From the sequence record NC_135730.1: a stretch of 64,000 nucleotides of DNA; one strand, written 5' to 3'. The position numbers and the translations under genes were made by a program. The notes under the pieces are model-generated. The model ran no database searches and had not been told where the DNA came from. It saw only the letters and a program-made list of their open reading frames with translations. This document shows, one piece after another, positions 38,669-48,763 of the stretch. Position 1 is the stretch's first letter. Each line of letters starts with the position of its first letter. The stretch is from a phage.

Positions 38669-41600
38669 ATGCTTCCAATCCCTTTGCTAAAACTTGGTCG
38701 TCATTTCCTCGATAAGAGGGGTGGAATTAAGGAACTTGCTGTTCTGTCATACCCAATAGACAACAGTGATGGTACAAGCAACACAGTATCCTATGTAAAT
38801 AGCTTAGCTATACTTTTTGATGATGGTCAGCTTAATATTACTGGCTATAATAGGTTCGGGGAGTGTCGGACTGGAGATCTTGATACAATAAACTATCCTA
38901 ATGAGGCAGCTTGGAACGTAGACCATGTTTGGAGAGCTGACCGTGCATTTGTAATCCGCACATTCGATAATAAATTTTTCTATATTGGTTGCACAGCTGG
39001 TCTTATCGGATCGGAGGCAGCAGGTGGAAACGATGTTTGTGTCAGAGAGTGGACACCTTTGCCGGAACAGATCGTAACAGGGTTGCATTTGGACACCCAT
39101 CCTGAGAGACTTGTTGAAGTAATGGGTGGCGTAAACAATACAGTGTGGGTAATTGCTGCACCAGAGGCTGATGGTATGCTTCACCTGTACGGCTCTGGCA
39201 ATAATACTTACGGCTCTCTTCATGTTGACAAAAATCAGCATGCAACCCCTGTAAAGATTGGTGAGACATCGGAAAATCCTGAAACAGGTCCTTGGAAAAA
39301 CCCAAGCATCAACTGCGAGGTGCATGACAACTCTGTTATTTTCGGTGGTCCTAGAGGTTTCTGGATTGCTGGATACGACTTTCTGAGAAATAACAGTAGA
39401 AACGACCTTGTTTGGCCTCCTGTGCAGATTACTCGTAACGATTTGAGGGGCATTCCTGCAGATGAGGAGTGGAAAGGGTTTATGTGCGGTCCTAACGGGG
39501 CAATAATTGCCACACAGAGGATGCATAGACCCGATGACCAGCAGCTTGTTAACGTATTTTATGGTCAAAACATTTGGGGAGATGATACATGGCGGGAACT
39601 GAATATCACCTACACCCATGAGGTAATAATGGCTCGTGGGTACGGCACAAGTGGCATTTTCTTCAATAATGGCACCAAGCAGTATCGTGGATTCTCTCGC
39701 AACTTGTGTAATGATATTGGTGCACAATCTGCAAACAATAGTCCTAGGTCCGATTTTATCCACTATCAAGCTCTTGCTACAGCTAAATATGTTGAGCAAC
39801 GCCTGCCAGTTAGCTGGACAGAGAGTGTTTATTTCCAAGGCATCCATAGAGAAGGTTTCTTAGGGACCTTTACTGTTGTTAATGGTAAACTTTGGTGGTC
39901 AGGCATCCCAAGGGGAAGTTTTGCAGGCTCTAACAACCTGTTTGGAGGCAGACTTAATAGCCAGGGGTTCACAGAGGTTCCTGAGAATTGGTATAAAAAT
40001 GTCCCGGTAGACAGTTGGGGTGTTGAGGATATTTTCGACGTTAACGGTGTTAGCAGCGTTAGCAATATTTACATTGGTGACACGGTCAAGATGAAGTTGA
40101 AGCCTCAGCCAGAGGGGGCTACGTTCATTATTGACAAGATTGAACTGGTAAATGCTGCAGGTACGGTTGTTACAGATGCAAATTACCAATTCTCCACCAA
40201 CTGGAACCACGGCGGGGCCAACGAAGTTGTTGTTACCCAGTATAACAGAAATGTTAACAGACGTGGCCTGTACTCTGTAAAAATAACCTATCATGACAAG
40301 CATGGCACAGGCAGAACCCATACGACAAGGACTTTGAACTGGAACACCATAGTTCCTGCGTATCCGTCCAACGGCAAGTGGCATACTGTCGGTAGAAACA
40401 AACAGTTCCATGTCAACGATACTGTATACTTCGGGCTTAACGCAGCTCAACCTGCTGTAGAAGGCGATACATCGTATATAGTACGACTCCATAGAATGGA
40501 TGCCGGGTCTGTAACCTACGATGTGACTCAGGAGATCTACGATCAGAGACGTACCACGTATGACAATGTTGTGAAAACACAAGCCTTGTGGGAGTTCAAC
40601 CCTAACGGCAGAGGCGGTAAAATGTTGCAGGTCAACGAGCAAAACGGGACATCGTTGACTGTCCATGAACATCCAGATCCTTGGCCTGATCCTGGAAAAC
40701 CTAACTCTGGTGCTCGTACACTGAAAATTGTTAGCCATGATGCAGGATATTTCGGAATACGCTGGGAAGCCACAGTAAGATATGCCGACGGGACAACAAA
40801 CAACATAGGGATCACCCTTGGTGGCACTAGTGAGGATAACTCCCTGAAAATTGCCTACACCCCTAGGGGCATCTCTATTGACAACATAGATGTTGTTCGC
40901 AACGGTTACGGCGATGTGAATGTCAAAGTTACTCTTGGCGAACATCTTGGTGGGGAAAGGATCATCATGTATGCCTTTGATCATGATCCGCGCACCAATG
41001 GGACTTATGCAAATCAGGCATGGAGTTATCTGATAAATGCACCTGAGCCGAATACTAAAGAGTTCTACTACGGTATGAAGCGAGATGTGTGCAAGAAAAC
41101 AGGAACACATGATTGGATTGCTATCTGCGTTAAAGATGAGCGCACAGCTTGGGATGAGCCTGTTAACAGATGGTTCATAGGTATTCCTACCAGAAGTGAT
41201 AAGTATGTCGCAGAATATATTGTATGCATGGGCGGTACCAACCTAAACATGTGTTGGAACGAAGATGTAAACAAATACTCTGATTATGACTATATGAGGG
41301 ATTACTCTTGTAATTTGTGGTTTAACCAAACTACAGGTTACCCTCCGCGTCAGGTAAGGGTAAATCCTGCAATCTTTACAGATACGCAGGTTTTCTTGAC
41401 AAAACAGGCCAACGAGGTCCGGACCTTCAAGAACAAATACGACCCTAATAAGTGGTTCTATAACTGCTATGGGGCATTTTTCTGGGGACCTGGAGAATTA
41501 CCTGGTGGTGGCTCTTGTTTTGAGGCTGCAACTTACGCCAGTGACAGATTTATGGGCCAGGTCAAGAAATACAAGATAATTCCAGGGCCTGAAACTTTAG

Positions 41601-44305
41601 GTAACGCTGTCGACCCCTATATCATCATGAGTGATCTAAGATCGAACATGGATGGAACATCCATATCTATGCAAGTTCCGGTAACAAACGGATACAAGCG
41701 TGTTGTGATGATCATTAAGTGCGATCTGATAGGTAAGCAAGTTCTTGCAGAGAACGGAACTTCCACCCACCTATTTGAGACTGCTCTGCACTATCAGTTT
41801 GCTGATTCACCTTTTGCAGGGGATAAGAGAATATCTGACACAGACGCTGTGCGATGCAAGAAATTTATGCTAGGTGGTGGGTGGTGGTGGTATGAATTTG
41901 ACTTAACAGACAAATTCACCGACACATCTAAAGTGGTGACAGGACTTCGTCTAGACCTGGGTGAGAACATGCATAAAAGTGTTTGTGATGGCACCTACGG
42001 TGATCCTACGGTATACTTGAAGTATGTTTCTTTTGAGCACCCTGAAGATGTTGTTTATGGTCCAAAACTGAGGCTGTTTGGCAATTGGATTGCTAAAGAC
42101 AGAGAAGGGATGGGTAGGAAGGTAAGAGGCTTCCTGGTCGATGCTGGCACAGAGGATATGCTGGTGAATGCGGTGTGGCCTGAATTACCGGGAACTCAGT
42201 GGGACAATTCTGCTAAGTCTATAAACTGGTTCAATATCCACAGAGCTATGTGGGCAACTAACTGCTATCTGTGGAAAGAGTTGAATGACGGCGCTTTCGG
42301 GTTTACTGGTGGCAGAAGAATGGCAATCATTTGCTGGACAACGCTGCAGAGATGTTATGACCATGACTATGAGATTGGAGGCAGGGCATGGAAAAATATA
42401 AGGGATAGAATCATAACTAACTTTGCAGATCCTAACGGTGGCGGGGCGTATGGTTTCGACTGCAGCAGACTTATCCATTTGAACGGATCTTCGGCCTATA
42501 AGAAAGAAGGCTACTCCGGGTCCATGATTGAATGGGGCTTGGTAAAAGATGCTCGTGTGTTGATGGGTCAGCAACTTGCTGCTGCAATAGGACCGAACGC
42601 AGTACAATCTGTTAAACCAGCGTGGTTCGATATCCCATTATGGTCCTCTGGAACACCGGGAACTGCTGCAATCAACCCTACCACTGGGGATCTGGAAATC
42701 TCCTGGGAGGACTTGAAGCAGGTCGGTGGTTGGGACAAAACAGGGTATCAGGTTCAGTGGTGGAGAGCTGATGGATCTTTAGCTGCTGATGAGTTTGTTA
42801 AGGACAATTTCTACACTATGTCCTCTGCAAAAGCACAGCAATTATTTGGTCAGGCCACTCCGTCAACGATCACCATGTCTATGTGCTGTAAAGACAACAG
42901 GACTGGAGCTTTGGGGCCAAGGGTTGCTAAGGTTTTCTCAGGTATTAAATGGAATCTTCCTGTTCAAAGTGTTTCATGGAAGCAAATAGGTGATAACAAG
43001 CTGCTGGTTACCCCTGCCTGTCAGTTCAACGCAACTCTTAACGTTGATCCTGCTGTTGCGGCAAACTCAGCTAAAGCTTCTGACTTCTCTGTGTCTAACA
43101 CTGCTATGGCAGATGTGAGGAAGATTGACACACTGAACGCCAGAATTACCTGTAAAAACACTTATGGCACATTCCAAATCATCAACAACTTCACAGATGC
43201 TGATTCTAAGGTAGTGAGGACAGCAAGCCAGACTCTGAGTTTAGGAACTCTGGCCTATGCGGCACTGATCACCGAACAGTCGGCAACACTCCAAGGAGGC
43301 GGTGTAGGCAAGTCCATTGCAACACCTGTGTGGAAGCCGAATGAGTGGGTTGTGTTTGATTTGACTGTGGACTTCTCCAGTGATAATAACTGGACATGGG
43401 TAAGGAATTGTTTGTCACAGTTGATGGGCGGTACAAGCTCCATTAGCGATAGTCACGACTCTACCGACCCGAGCGTGTTCCAGGTGGGTAAAACTCACCC
43501 AGAGACTGGAGAAACGTTGCCTGACAGGAAGTATGCTTTGGTTTGCATCTCTTACGGGAAGGCAGATGTCACATTCTCAGGGACACACACTTATAACGGA
43601 ACTTACAACTTCTCAAGGAAGTATAGTCTCAAAGCAGGGAACATTATAGACGAGGTCGGTGTGCTGTATAATCCGGGCAACGGCATAGGGATTGTGGGCG
43701 GTAAACTGCAGATGCAGGAACCTTCTATCACCCCTTCCAACGTATCCGGGATTAGAAAGACTTGGGAAAGTAGTAATACCAACATTGCAACAGTGGATGC
43801 CACCACAGGGCTGGTAACATTTAAAGCTACTGGGAATGTCACCATAAAGTTTGTAGTTACAGATGATGCAGGCCGCAAAACGTCTTCAACATCGTTTACT
43901 GTCAAACAGATGGCACCACAGTGGAGAATGTGGATAGGTACAGCAACAAACGGGGCATACCCTAATCCGGCAGGTACTTCTGGTATGAAGACTTTCTCTA
44001 CAAGCAAACCGATGGAGTACGGCAGCGGTCCTAAGGTAGGGCAGATGGTGTACTTTGGTGCGTATATTCCTGAAATTATAGGGCTTCCGAGAAGTCAGCT
44101 TCAGTTGCTGTTTGGGGCTGGTGTTGACGATCTTGCCACTTTCGGGTATAGCGACAACATCGAGGCTGCAAGGAGTTCAGGATGGGTAGGGTTCAGAATG
44201 GAGTCTGGAAAGGAAGGCAGGATTCTAGGGACAGCCTCTATAGGTGTTATGTTCCCTGGTGACCAGCAGTATCGTCTAGAAGCCTACGCAACCTTTTCTC
44301 GTTAA
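38669..44305 (+). CDS. giant virion-associated protein with bacterial Ig-like (Big_2-like) domain
   Basis: 1878-aa ORF, last gene of the structural operon; Big_2-like segment IATVDATTGLVTFKATGNVTIKFVVTDDAGRKTSSTSFTV near the C-terminus. Confidence 0.55.
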   Translation: MLPIPLLKLGRHFLDKRGGIKELAVLSYPIDNSDGTSNTVSYVNSLAILFDDGQLNITGYNRFGECRTGDLDTINYPNEAAWNVDHVWRADRAFVIRTFDNKFFYIGCTAGLIGSEAAGGNDVCVREWTPLPEQIVTGLHLDTHPERLVEVMGGVNNTVWVIAAPEADGMLHLYGSGNNTYGSLHVDKNQHATPVKIGETSENPETGPWKNPSINCEVHDNSVIFGGPRGFWIAGYDFLRNNSRNDLVWPPVQITRNDLRGIPADEEWKGFMCGPNGAIIATQRMHRPDDQQLVNVFYGQNIWGDDTWRELNITYTHEVIMARGYGTSGIFFNNGTKQYRGFSRNLCNDIGAQSANNSPRSDFIHYQALATAKYVEQRLPVSWTESVYFQGIHREGFLGTFTVVNGKLWWSGIPRGSFAGSNNLFGGRLNSQGFTEVPENWYKNVPVDSWGVEDIFDVNGVSSVSNIYIGDTVKMKLKPQPEGATFIIDKIELVNAAGTVVTDANYQFSTNWNHGGANEVVVTQYNRNVNRRGLYSVKITYHDKHGTGRTHTTRTLNWNTIVPAYPSNGKWHTVGRNKQFHVNDTVYFGLNAAQPAVEGDTSYIVRLHRMDAGSVTYDVTQEIYDQRRTTYDNVVKTQALWEFNPNGRGGKMLQVNEQNGTSLTVHEHPDPWPDPGKPNSGARTLKIVSHDAGYFGIRWEATVRYADGTTNNIGITLGGTSEDNSLKIAYTPRGISIDNIDVVRNGYGDVNVKVTLGEHLGGERIIMYAFDHDPRTNGTYANQAWSYLINAPEPNTKEFYYGMKRDVCKKTGTHDWIAICVKDERTAWDEPVNRWFIGIPTRSDKYVAEYIVCMGGTNLNMCWNEDVNKYSDYDYMRDYSCNLWFNQTTGYPPRQVRVNPAIFTDTQVFLTKQANEVRTFKNKYDPNKWFYNCYGAFFWGPGELPGGGSCFEAATYASDRFMGQVKKYKIIPGPETLGNAVDPYIIMSDLRSNMDGTSISMQVPVTNGYKRVVMIIKCDLIGKQVLAENGTSTHLFETALHYQFADSPFAGDKRISDTDAVRCKKFMLGGGWWWYEFDLTDKFTDTSKVVTGLRLDLGENMHKSVCDGTYGDPTVYLKYVSFEHPEDVVYGPKLRLFGNWIAKDREGMGRKVRGFLVDAGTEDMLVNAVWPELPGTQWDNSAKSINWFNIHRAMWATNCYLWKELNDGAFGFTGGRRMAIICWTTLQRCYDHDYEIGGRAWKNIRDRIITNFADPNGGGAYGFDCSRLIHLNGSSAYKKEGYSGSMIEWGLVKDARVLMGQQLAAAIGPNAVQSVKPAWFDIPLWSSGTPGTAAINPTTGDLEISWEDLKQVGGWDKTGYQVQWWRADGSLAADEFVKDNFYTMSSAKAQQLFGQATPSTITMSMCCKDNRTGALGPRVAKVFSGIKWNLPVQSVSWKQIGDNKLLVTPACQFNATLNVDPAVAANSAKASDFSVSNTAMADVRKIDTLNARITCKNTYGTFQIINNFTDADSKVVRTASQTLSLGTLAYAALITEQSATLQGGGVGKSIATPVWKPNEWVVFDLTVDFSSDNNWTWVRNCLSQLMGGTSSISDSHDSTDPSVFQVGKTHPETGETLPDRKYALVCISYGKADVTFSGTHTYNGTYNFSRKYSLKAGNIIDEVGVLYNPGNGIGIVGGKLQMQEPSITPSNVSGIRKTWESSNTNIATVDATTGLVTFKATGNVTIKFVVTDDAGRKTSSTSFTVKQMAPQWRMWIGTATNGAYPNPAGTSGMKTFSTSKPMEYGSGPKVGQMVYFGAYIPEIIGLPRSQLQLLFGAGVDDLATFGYSDNIEAARSSGWVGFRMESGKEGRILGTASIGVMFPGDQQYRLEAYATFSR

Positions 44306-44320
44306 CAAGTGGGTAAATAA

Positions 44321-44349
44321 AAAGGGGCCAAACGGCCCCTTTCTTTTTA
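44321..44349. terminator. bidirectional intrinsic terminator between convergent operons
   Basis: AAAGGGGCC-aaac-GGCCCCTTT flanked by an A-run upstream and a T-run downstream. Confidence 0.65.
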
Positions 44350-44352
44350 TAA

Positions 44353-44553
44353 TTAGTAATATTCCCAACACGACCCATCTTCAGACGGCTGGACACGCTT
44401 ACCTTCATGATCGACATAGGTGTAACCACAGCCTTCACAGATAACAGGTGCTGCATAGCCTTCCTTCCACTGATCCTCAGTGATCAATCCTTTCAGATCT
44501 CCGCAGTCACGACCAAACAACTCTTCAGAACAGTCTTTACAAAAATCAGCCAT
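44353..44553 (-). CDS. small Cys-rich (zinc-ribbon-like) protein
   Basis: 66-aa ORF with CKDC...CEGC pairs; RBS GGAGAC. Confidence 0.35.
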   Translation of the reverse strand: MADFCKDCSEELFGRDCGDLKGLITEDQWKEGYAAPVICEGCGYTYVDHEGKRVQPSEDGSCWEYY

Positions 44554-44622
44554 CTCTATCAGTCTCCATATTTAACCAATCTATATTACATATTGCCGAA
44601 GAAACAGTATTTCATTTCATCA

Positions 44623-44841
44623 TCACAGATCTCCAACAACTTCCCAAATACCCCAGTGAGCATCTATATCCTTGATAAAGTATCTTTCTCCACGGTTTGT
44701 CCACACACCTATCCCACCTTTACCATCTATCCCATTGTATACATCTGCCTCATACTCTTTGCCCGGTGTAAAGTGTACACCCATCATAAGGGCTGTTATT
44801 CCATTAGGATTTTTAAATTTAACAAATTTTACTTTGCTCAT
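44623..44841 (-). CDS. hypothetical protein
   Basis: 72-aa ORF, ATG start with upstream purine-rich RBS. Confidence 0.3.
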   Translation of the reverse strand: MSKVKFVKFKNPNGITALMMGVHFTPGKEYEADVYNGIDGKGGIGVWTNRGERYFIKDIDAHWGIWEVVGDL

Positions 44842-44842
44842 A

Positions 44843-45172
44843 TTACTTAATCCTTGCAGTTACAGTAGCGCTATACCCCATGTAGTTATGAGACATAAAG
44901 AATGTAAGCCCTTTAAGTTCAGGATTCTTTCTAAGAAATCGTTTCAATTTTCGAATGCAATTAACACCATGATCATAGTTTGAGAAATTAAATTTAATAC
45001 CCTGCTCCATCATAGTGCACACTTCTTCATGGGTATGCCATTGTCTATCGTGGTCACAAAACCAGTAACCAATACCTTCTTTTTCTTGGATATGCAATCC
45101 CCAAAATACTTTATGCATTGGATATTTTGGTTTTCTACCATGATAGTGTAGTTTAATATTCACATGTGCCAT
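44843..45172 (-). CDS. hypothetical His/Cys-rich protein
   Basis: 109-aa ORF; RBS ACGGAG. Confidence 0.3.
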   Translation of the reverse strand: MAHVNIKLHYHGRKPKYPMHKVFWGLHIQEKEGIGYWFCDHDRQWHTHEEVCTMMEQGIKFNFSNYDHGVNCIRKLKRFLRKNPELKGLTFFMSHNYMGYSATVTARIK

Positions 45173-45205
45173 TTTTTGTTACTCCGTTCTGTATCTGTGA
45201 TAATG

Positions 45206-45235
45206 AGAATAGCAAACTGGGGTGTGTGCTGTCAA
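45206..45235 (-). promoter_or_regulatory. candidate internal promoter in the minus-strand block
   Basis: On the minus strand TTGACA -18- TATTCT in the 168-bp intergenic region. Confidence 0.2.
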
Positions 45236-45340
45236 CAACATTTTTAAGCGTTTTGGGGAAGTTTTTTGAAAGGTGGGTGTAATCACAAGAGAGGGTGGAG
45301 TTATTGAAGGCACAGGCCTCTTTTGAGGCCTTAAAATCGA

Positions 45341-45721
45341 TTATGACACTTTGACGTAGCGCTCTGACAGAGCTGGAAAGCCAAAAGCAGTACCTATACT
45401 ACCGTATGCTACCCACCATTGAAGTTCATCGTGACACCATTTTCCGATCAGGAAGGTGCTGGGGTAGCGGGTCAGTATTTTGGCATAAGCTTTAGGGTCT
45501 GCATCTTCTGGGATAATGATACTTGGAACATCTTTGTTATGGCCACAGCAGCAGTTTAGAGTTTTCAATCCTGCCGCCCATAGACTCATGATAGGCTTAG
45601 CCATACACTTATCAAGGCACACACGTTTTTTGCCGTCACGGAGCTTTTTAGGCACATCAACGATAACATTTTGATGCTTGGCACCTTTCACTTTCCAATT
45701 ATAGGATTTACACTTGCACAT
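45341..45721 (-). CDS. hypothetical Cys-rich protein
   Basis: 126-aa ORF with several Cys clusters (CKCK, CLDKC, CCCGH); RBS GGAGAC. Confidence 0.35.
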   Translation of the reverse strand: MCKCKSYNWKVKGAKHQNVIVDVPKKLRDGKKRVCLDKCMAKPIMSLWAAGLKTLNCCCGHNKDVPSIIIPEDADPKAYAKILTRYPSTFLIGKWCHDELQWWVAYGSIGTAFGFPALSERYVKVS

Positions 45722-45751
45722 TTAATCAGTCTCCATCTAGAAAGCAATACT

Positions 45752-45922
45752 TTACTTAAAATCTTTGTCACCTATTACGATTGCACGAATCCACTCATTG
45801 TGATGTTCAATGGCGGTAAGGTGTAACATAATACAGTGATTGTCATTACCAAACACGGTGCGGTAAGCTTTAGCAGCACCATGATATAACTTCCACATCA
45901 GGTAATGATATCTTCGCCTCAT
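45752..45922 (-). CDS. small hypothetical protein (56 aa, not in ORF track)
   Basis: Hand translation gives MRRRYHYLMWKLYHGAAKAYRTVFGNDNHCIMLHLTAIEHHNEWIRAIVIGDKDFK; ATG overlaps the stop of the upstream HAD gene; RBS GGAGAAAGAG. Confidence 0.25.
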   Translation of the reverse strand: MRRRYHYLMWKLYHGAAKAYRTVFGNDNHCIMLHLTAIEHHNEWIRAIVIGDKDFK

Positions 45923-46398
45923 GGCTCTTTCTCCGGTTCAGGATCTGGGTAATCTTCAATAATAAAGGGCCATCCGTTCCGCTTAGCCTCAGACTTGTAC
46001 TCAATCTCCTTCATTGCAAACTCTAACTGATTTTTAGCCGGAATACATGCCGGAGAATCATCAACCCAGATATCTGGGTAGATATCAAACTGCGCCAGAT
46101 AGGCTGCCTTCTGAACACCACCAGTATAAAACACACCAACATCGAGCTCCTTGCGCCAATACTCAATGTCCACATTGTCTTGAGTAATGAATCGGAAAGT
46201 CACAAGGTATACTGTCCACCCCTCCTTCTTCAGGTCCCTGATCAGGCGGGAGAAGATGAAAGGGCTCGCATTAAACGTTCCATCAAAGTCAATGGCAACG
46301 ATGTGCGTGCCGTGGCGAGTCTCATATGGATTGCTTGTGGTAAGATTGCTGTAGTTAAAAGGGACCTCTTCCCCGCAGTAGCTGTAGTCCATATTCAC
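45919..46398 (-). CDS. HAD-superfamily phosphatase (nucleotidase-like)
   Basis: Motif I IDFDGTF (DxDGT) and C-terminal VDDSP (DD motif). Confidence 0.5.
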   Translation of the reverse strand: MNMDYSYCGEEVPFNYSNLTTSNPYETRHGTHIVAIDFDGTFNASPFIFSRLIRDLKKEGWTVYLVTFRFITQDNVDIEYWRKELDVGVFYTGGVQKAAYLAQFDIYPDIWVDDSPACIPAKNQLEFAMKEIEYKSEAKRNGWPFIIEDYPDPEPEKEP

Positions 46399-46670
46399 AC
46401 CTTCTCGTTGATAAATTTACGGGCGGTTTGGTGAGTTGTTTCTGCTGTCTTCAGAATAATATTAATTTTATCGTCAAGATCATTCATCTCAGCAGTTAAT
46501 TCAGGAATCTCTCCGGCATGCATAGTGAAATCATACATAGACATGCCAAGAATCTCATTGATTCGGCGGTTGCATTCTGCAGCACGCTGGTTCATTTTCC
46601 AAGCTAACACCAGAGCCTCTTGCGTAGCCTCCAGTGCAAAGTCTAATACGTCAGCTTCTTCTTTCGTCAT
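46395..46670 (-). CDS. hypothetical helical protein
   Basis: 91-aa ORF overlapping the downstream gene by 4 nt. Confidence 0.3.
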   Translation of the reverse strand: MTKEEADVLDFALEATQEALVLAWKMNQRAAECNRRINEILGMSMYDFTMHAGEIPELTAEMNDLDDKINIILKTAETTHQTARKFINEKV

Positions 46671-46725
46671 CTCAGTCTCTCTTGTTGTATTGTTGGTAGG
46701 TGCATGAACACCTTATATCTCACTT

Positions 46726-47292
46726 TTATTCAAACTGCAATAGTAAGTCCACCACCGCGCTAGGTCTGTCAACAAATTCCCCAGGTCCACATGCCCACAG
46801 AGGGTATCCGTCTACATACCGCCAAATCCAACCTGCAGTGTGTAGCTCAAGCAGGGCAGTACCGTCCTTACTGTCAACCACTCTTTCCCACAGTGTTGGG
46901 CAGCGAAGCTTGAGAATCGGATCACCTCCCTTATACCCGTCCATGTAGATACCCATTGCAAAGTTCAGCATCATCTTTTTGTGCACTGATCTCTTACTGA
47001 GAGTGCTCATCACTTCCTCTTTGTGAATGTTTGTAAGCTTCTCTTTGGCTACCCGCAGATCGTTGCAACCATTGTTCAGCAGATCTTCCAGACACTTGAT
47101 CCGAAGGTCGTGAATGTCTTTGTCGTGTACCGTTGGCACAGGGTCGTAGCGGTATAGCACTGTTGATACAAGGTTGCTCGGGTGTGGGTCTGACAGCAAC
47201 CCATAACCCCAATACTCTTCTGTATCTGAAAGGACAAGACACCCAATGTCTCTGTCAAGCTTTCCTGTGTTGTAAGCCACATTGACCGCCAT
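46726..47292 (-). CDS. hypothetical protein
   Basis: 188-aa ORF in the co-directional minus-strand block. Confidence 0.35.
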   Translation of the reverse strand: MAVNVAYNTGKLDRDIGCLVLSDTEEYWGYGLLSDPHPSNLVSTVLYRYDPVPTVHDKDIHDLRIKCLEDLLNNGCNDLRVAKEKLTNIHKEEVMSTLSKRSVHKKMMLNFAMGIYMDGYKGGDPILKLRCPTLWERVVDSKDGTALLELHTAGWIWRYVDGYPLWACGPGEFVDRPSAVVDLLLQFE

Positions 47293-47294
47293 GA

Positions 47295-47540
47295 CTATAG
47301 CTCCACTAACAAAGTGCTTTCAAAGTGCCGTTCATGCAGACCGTTGTAAGGGACCACTTCTACAACGCCATCACGGACATATGGGGCCATCATGGTGGTA
47401 TAATCTCCAAACGGGTTGGTATTGTCACTAACCACAACCACCTTCTGCCCTTCCTTGGCAGAGTGCCAAATAGATCTGCACTTCATTAGGTGTTCGAGAG
47501 CTCCAGGTAAAATTTTGTTACGTTCTTTACGGGTCTTCAT
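47295..47540 (-). CDS. hypothetical protein
   Basis: 81-aa ORF tightly packed with flanking genes. Confidence 0.3.
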   Translation of the reverse strand: MKTRKERNKILPGALEHLMKCRSIWHSAKEGQKVVVVSDNTNPFGDYTTMMAPYVRDGVVEVVPYNGLHERHFESTLLVEL

Positions 47541-47986
47541 AATAGGTATAGCTCCTTATGAAAGTAGTCTTTTAATTTCTCACTGAGAAACCTCTTGATA
47601 CCTTCCTCTAAAGTGTTTTCGATGTAGTCCAGCTTAACTGCTTCGATGGACATATCATAGATCGCCAGCTCTAAGCTGTCAAGTCCCATCATAGCATGAA
47701 CCATAAGATTTTCATCTTCAGATACATTCAGGGGGCTTCCTATAACATCTGGAGGCAGAATAGTTTCCCAATTATTCTGGGCGGTAGTTCTCCCTCCCTC
47801 TACTTTACGGCGCAGTTCGAATGTGTTCTTAGTGTAGAACACTTCATAAGAAACGATACGACTGTCGCTCTCATAATAAACAAAGTTCAGGTAGGAGCCT
47901 AGCCGCAGTCGGCAAACTTCCACCCCAAACCATTGTTTCTTATAAGAATTCAGGCTAATGCTGTCGCATTCACGTTTGCTCAACAC
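47537..47986 (-). CDS. hypothetical protein
   Basis: 149-aa ORF overlapping the downstream gene by 4 nt. Confidence 0.35.
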   Translation of the reverse strand: MLSKRECDSISLNSYKKQWFGVEVCRLRLGSYLNFVYYESDSRIVSYEVFYTKNTFELRRKVEGGRTTAQNNWETILPPDVIGSPLNVSEDENLMVHAMMGLDSLELAIYDMSIEAVKLDYIENTLEEGIKRFLSEKLKDYFHKELYLL

Positions 47987-48001
47987 GGCTCTCTCCTTTT
48001 A

Positions 48002-48235
48002 TTAATCTTCGTAAATCAGGATTTCTGCTTTAGGTTTTCGTGCTTTCAGGTCCAGCTCTATCCAGTGCACCATAGCTGTTTCAAGAAAAACAGCTTGGAT
48101 GCATCCGTCCTCAGCGTGCCCCACCAACATAACGAGATCTTCACCTTCGTCATCTGCATCACGAACATAAAGAATCTCTCCAGATTCAAAGTCTTTCACA
48201 ACCTGATTGCTAGATAATTTACGAATTTTTGCCAT
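48002..48235 (-). CDS. small protein, paralog family member 4
   Basis: 77 aa; RBS GAGGG; shares the GEIL/GTVV-centred pattern with the three upstream 87-aa ORFs. Confidence 0.4.
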   Translation of the reverse strand: MAKIRKLSSNQVVKDFESGEILYVRDADDEGEDLVMLVGHAEDGCIQAVFLETAMVHWIELDLKARKPKAEILIYED

Positions 48236-48236
48236 A

Positions 48237-48500
48237 TCAGAAACCCTCTAAAAAGCTCTTGTAGAAAACAATCTCAGTATCCACACCAGTCACAATCTTG
48301 TCGTTCCTGATTTCATCGGTAAGATAGGTGTCAAAACGCAGAACCTGTGTGGTGTTGTCACACATCCACTCAGCTGTGACCATTGCGAAAATCTTAGCAT
48401 CTTCATTATCTGGTGTGAATGTTACCACCTCACCGCACTTAAACTTTTCGATAGGTTGAGTGTTAGCTTTCGGTTCTGCGATAGTGATTTTTGTGGTCAT
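48237..48500 (-). CDS. small protein, paralog family member 3
   Basis: 87 aa; start overlaps the upstream stop; motif KCGEVVTF. Confidence 0.4.
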   Translation of the reverse strand: MTTKITIAEPKANTQPIEKFKCGEVVTFTPDNEDAKIFAMVTAEWMCDNTTQVLRFDTYLTDEIRNDKIVTGVDTEIVFYKSFLEGF

Positions 48501-48763
48501 TATTCTCCTCCTTCTTTTGAATAGCTTGTCTCTCCAAGGATGGTAATTTTGGTGTCAAGCTCTGTAACTTTCATGTTTGGTGGCAGATCGTACAACTCAT
48601 TATTTTCTAAATCGAACCCCCACACACAATGTTCTCCTGTTTTGACAATCATAACTATGTTTTGAATGCCGTCTCCGTCGCAACTTACCACGGTCCCACA
48701 CGGAAAGCTGTCTGCACGCTTTTTGTTCTTCACCTTAGAATTGAATACAATGCTGGTAGCCAT
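48500..48763 (-). CDS. small protein, paralog family member 2
   Basis: 87 aa; MAT...GTVV...VTELD..ILGE pattern shared with member 1. Confidence 0.4.
   Translation of the reverse strand: MATSIVFNSKVKNKKRADSFPCGTVVSCDGDGIQNIVMIVKTGEHCVWGFDLENNELYDLPPNMKVTELDTKITILGETSYSKEGGE

Noticed and set aside
38804-41110. Long minus-strand ORFs (347 aa and 403 aa) antisense to the 1878-aa gene
   Set aside because: Fully embedded antisense to a strongly supported late gene, with no RBS or promoter context; treated as chance open frames.
45307-45324. Hairpin AGGCCTC-tttt-GAGGCCT as an intrinsic terminator
   Set aside because: No U-run follows on the minus (transcribed) strand; more likely an RNA structure or chance palindrome.
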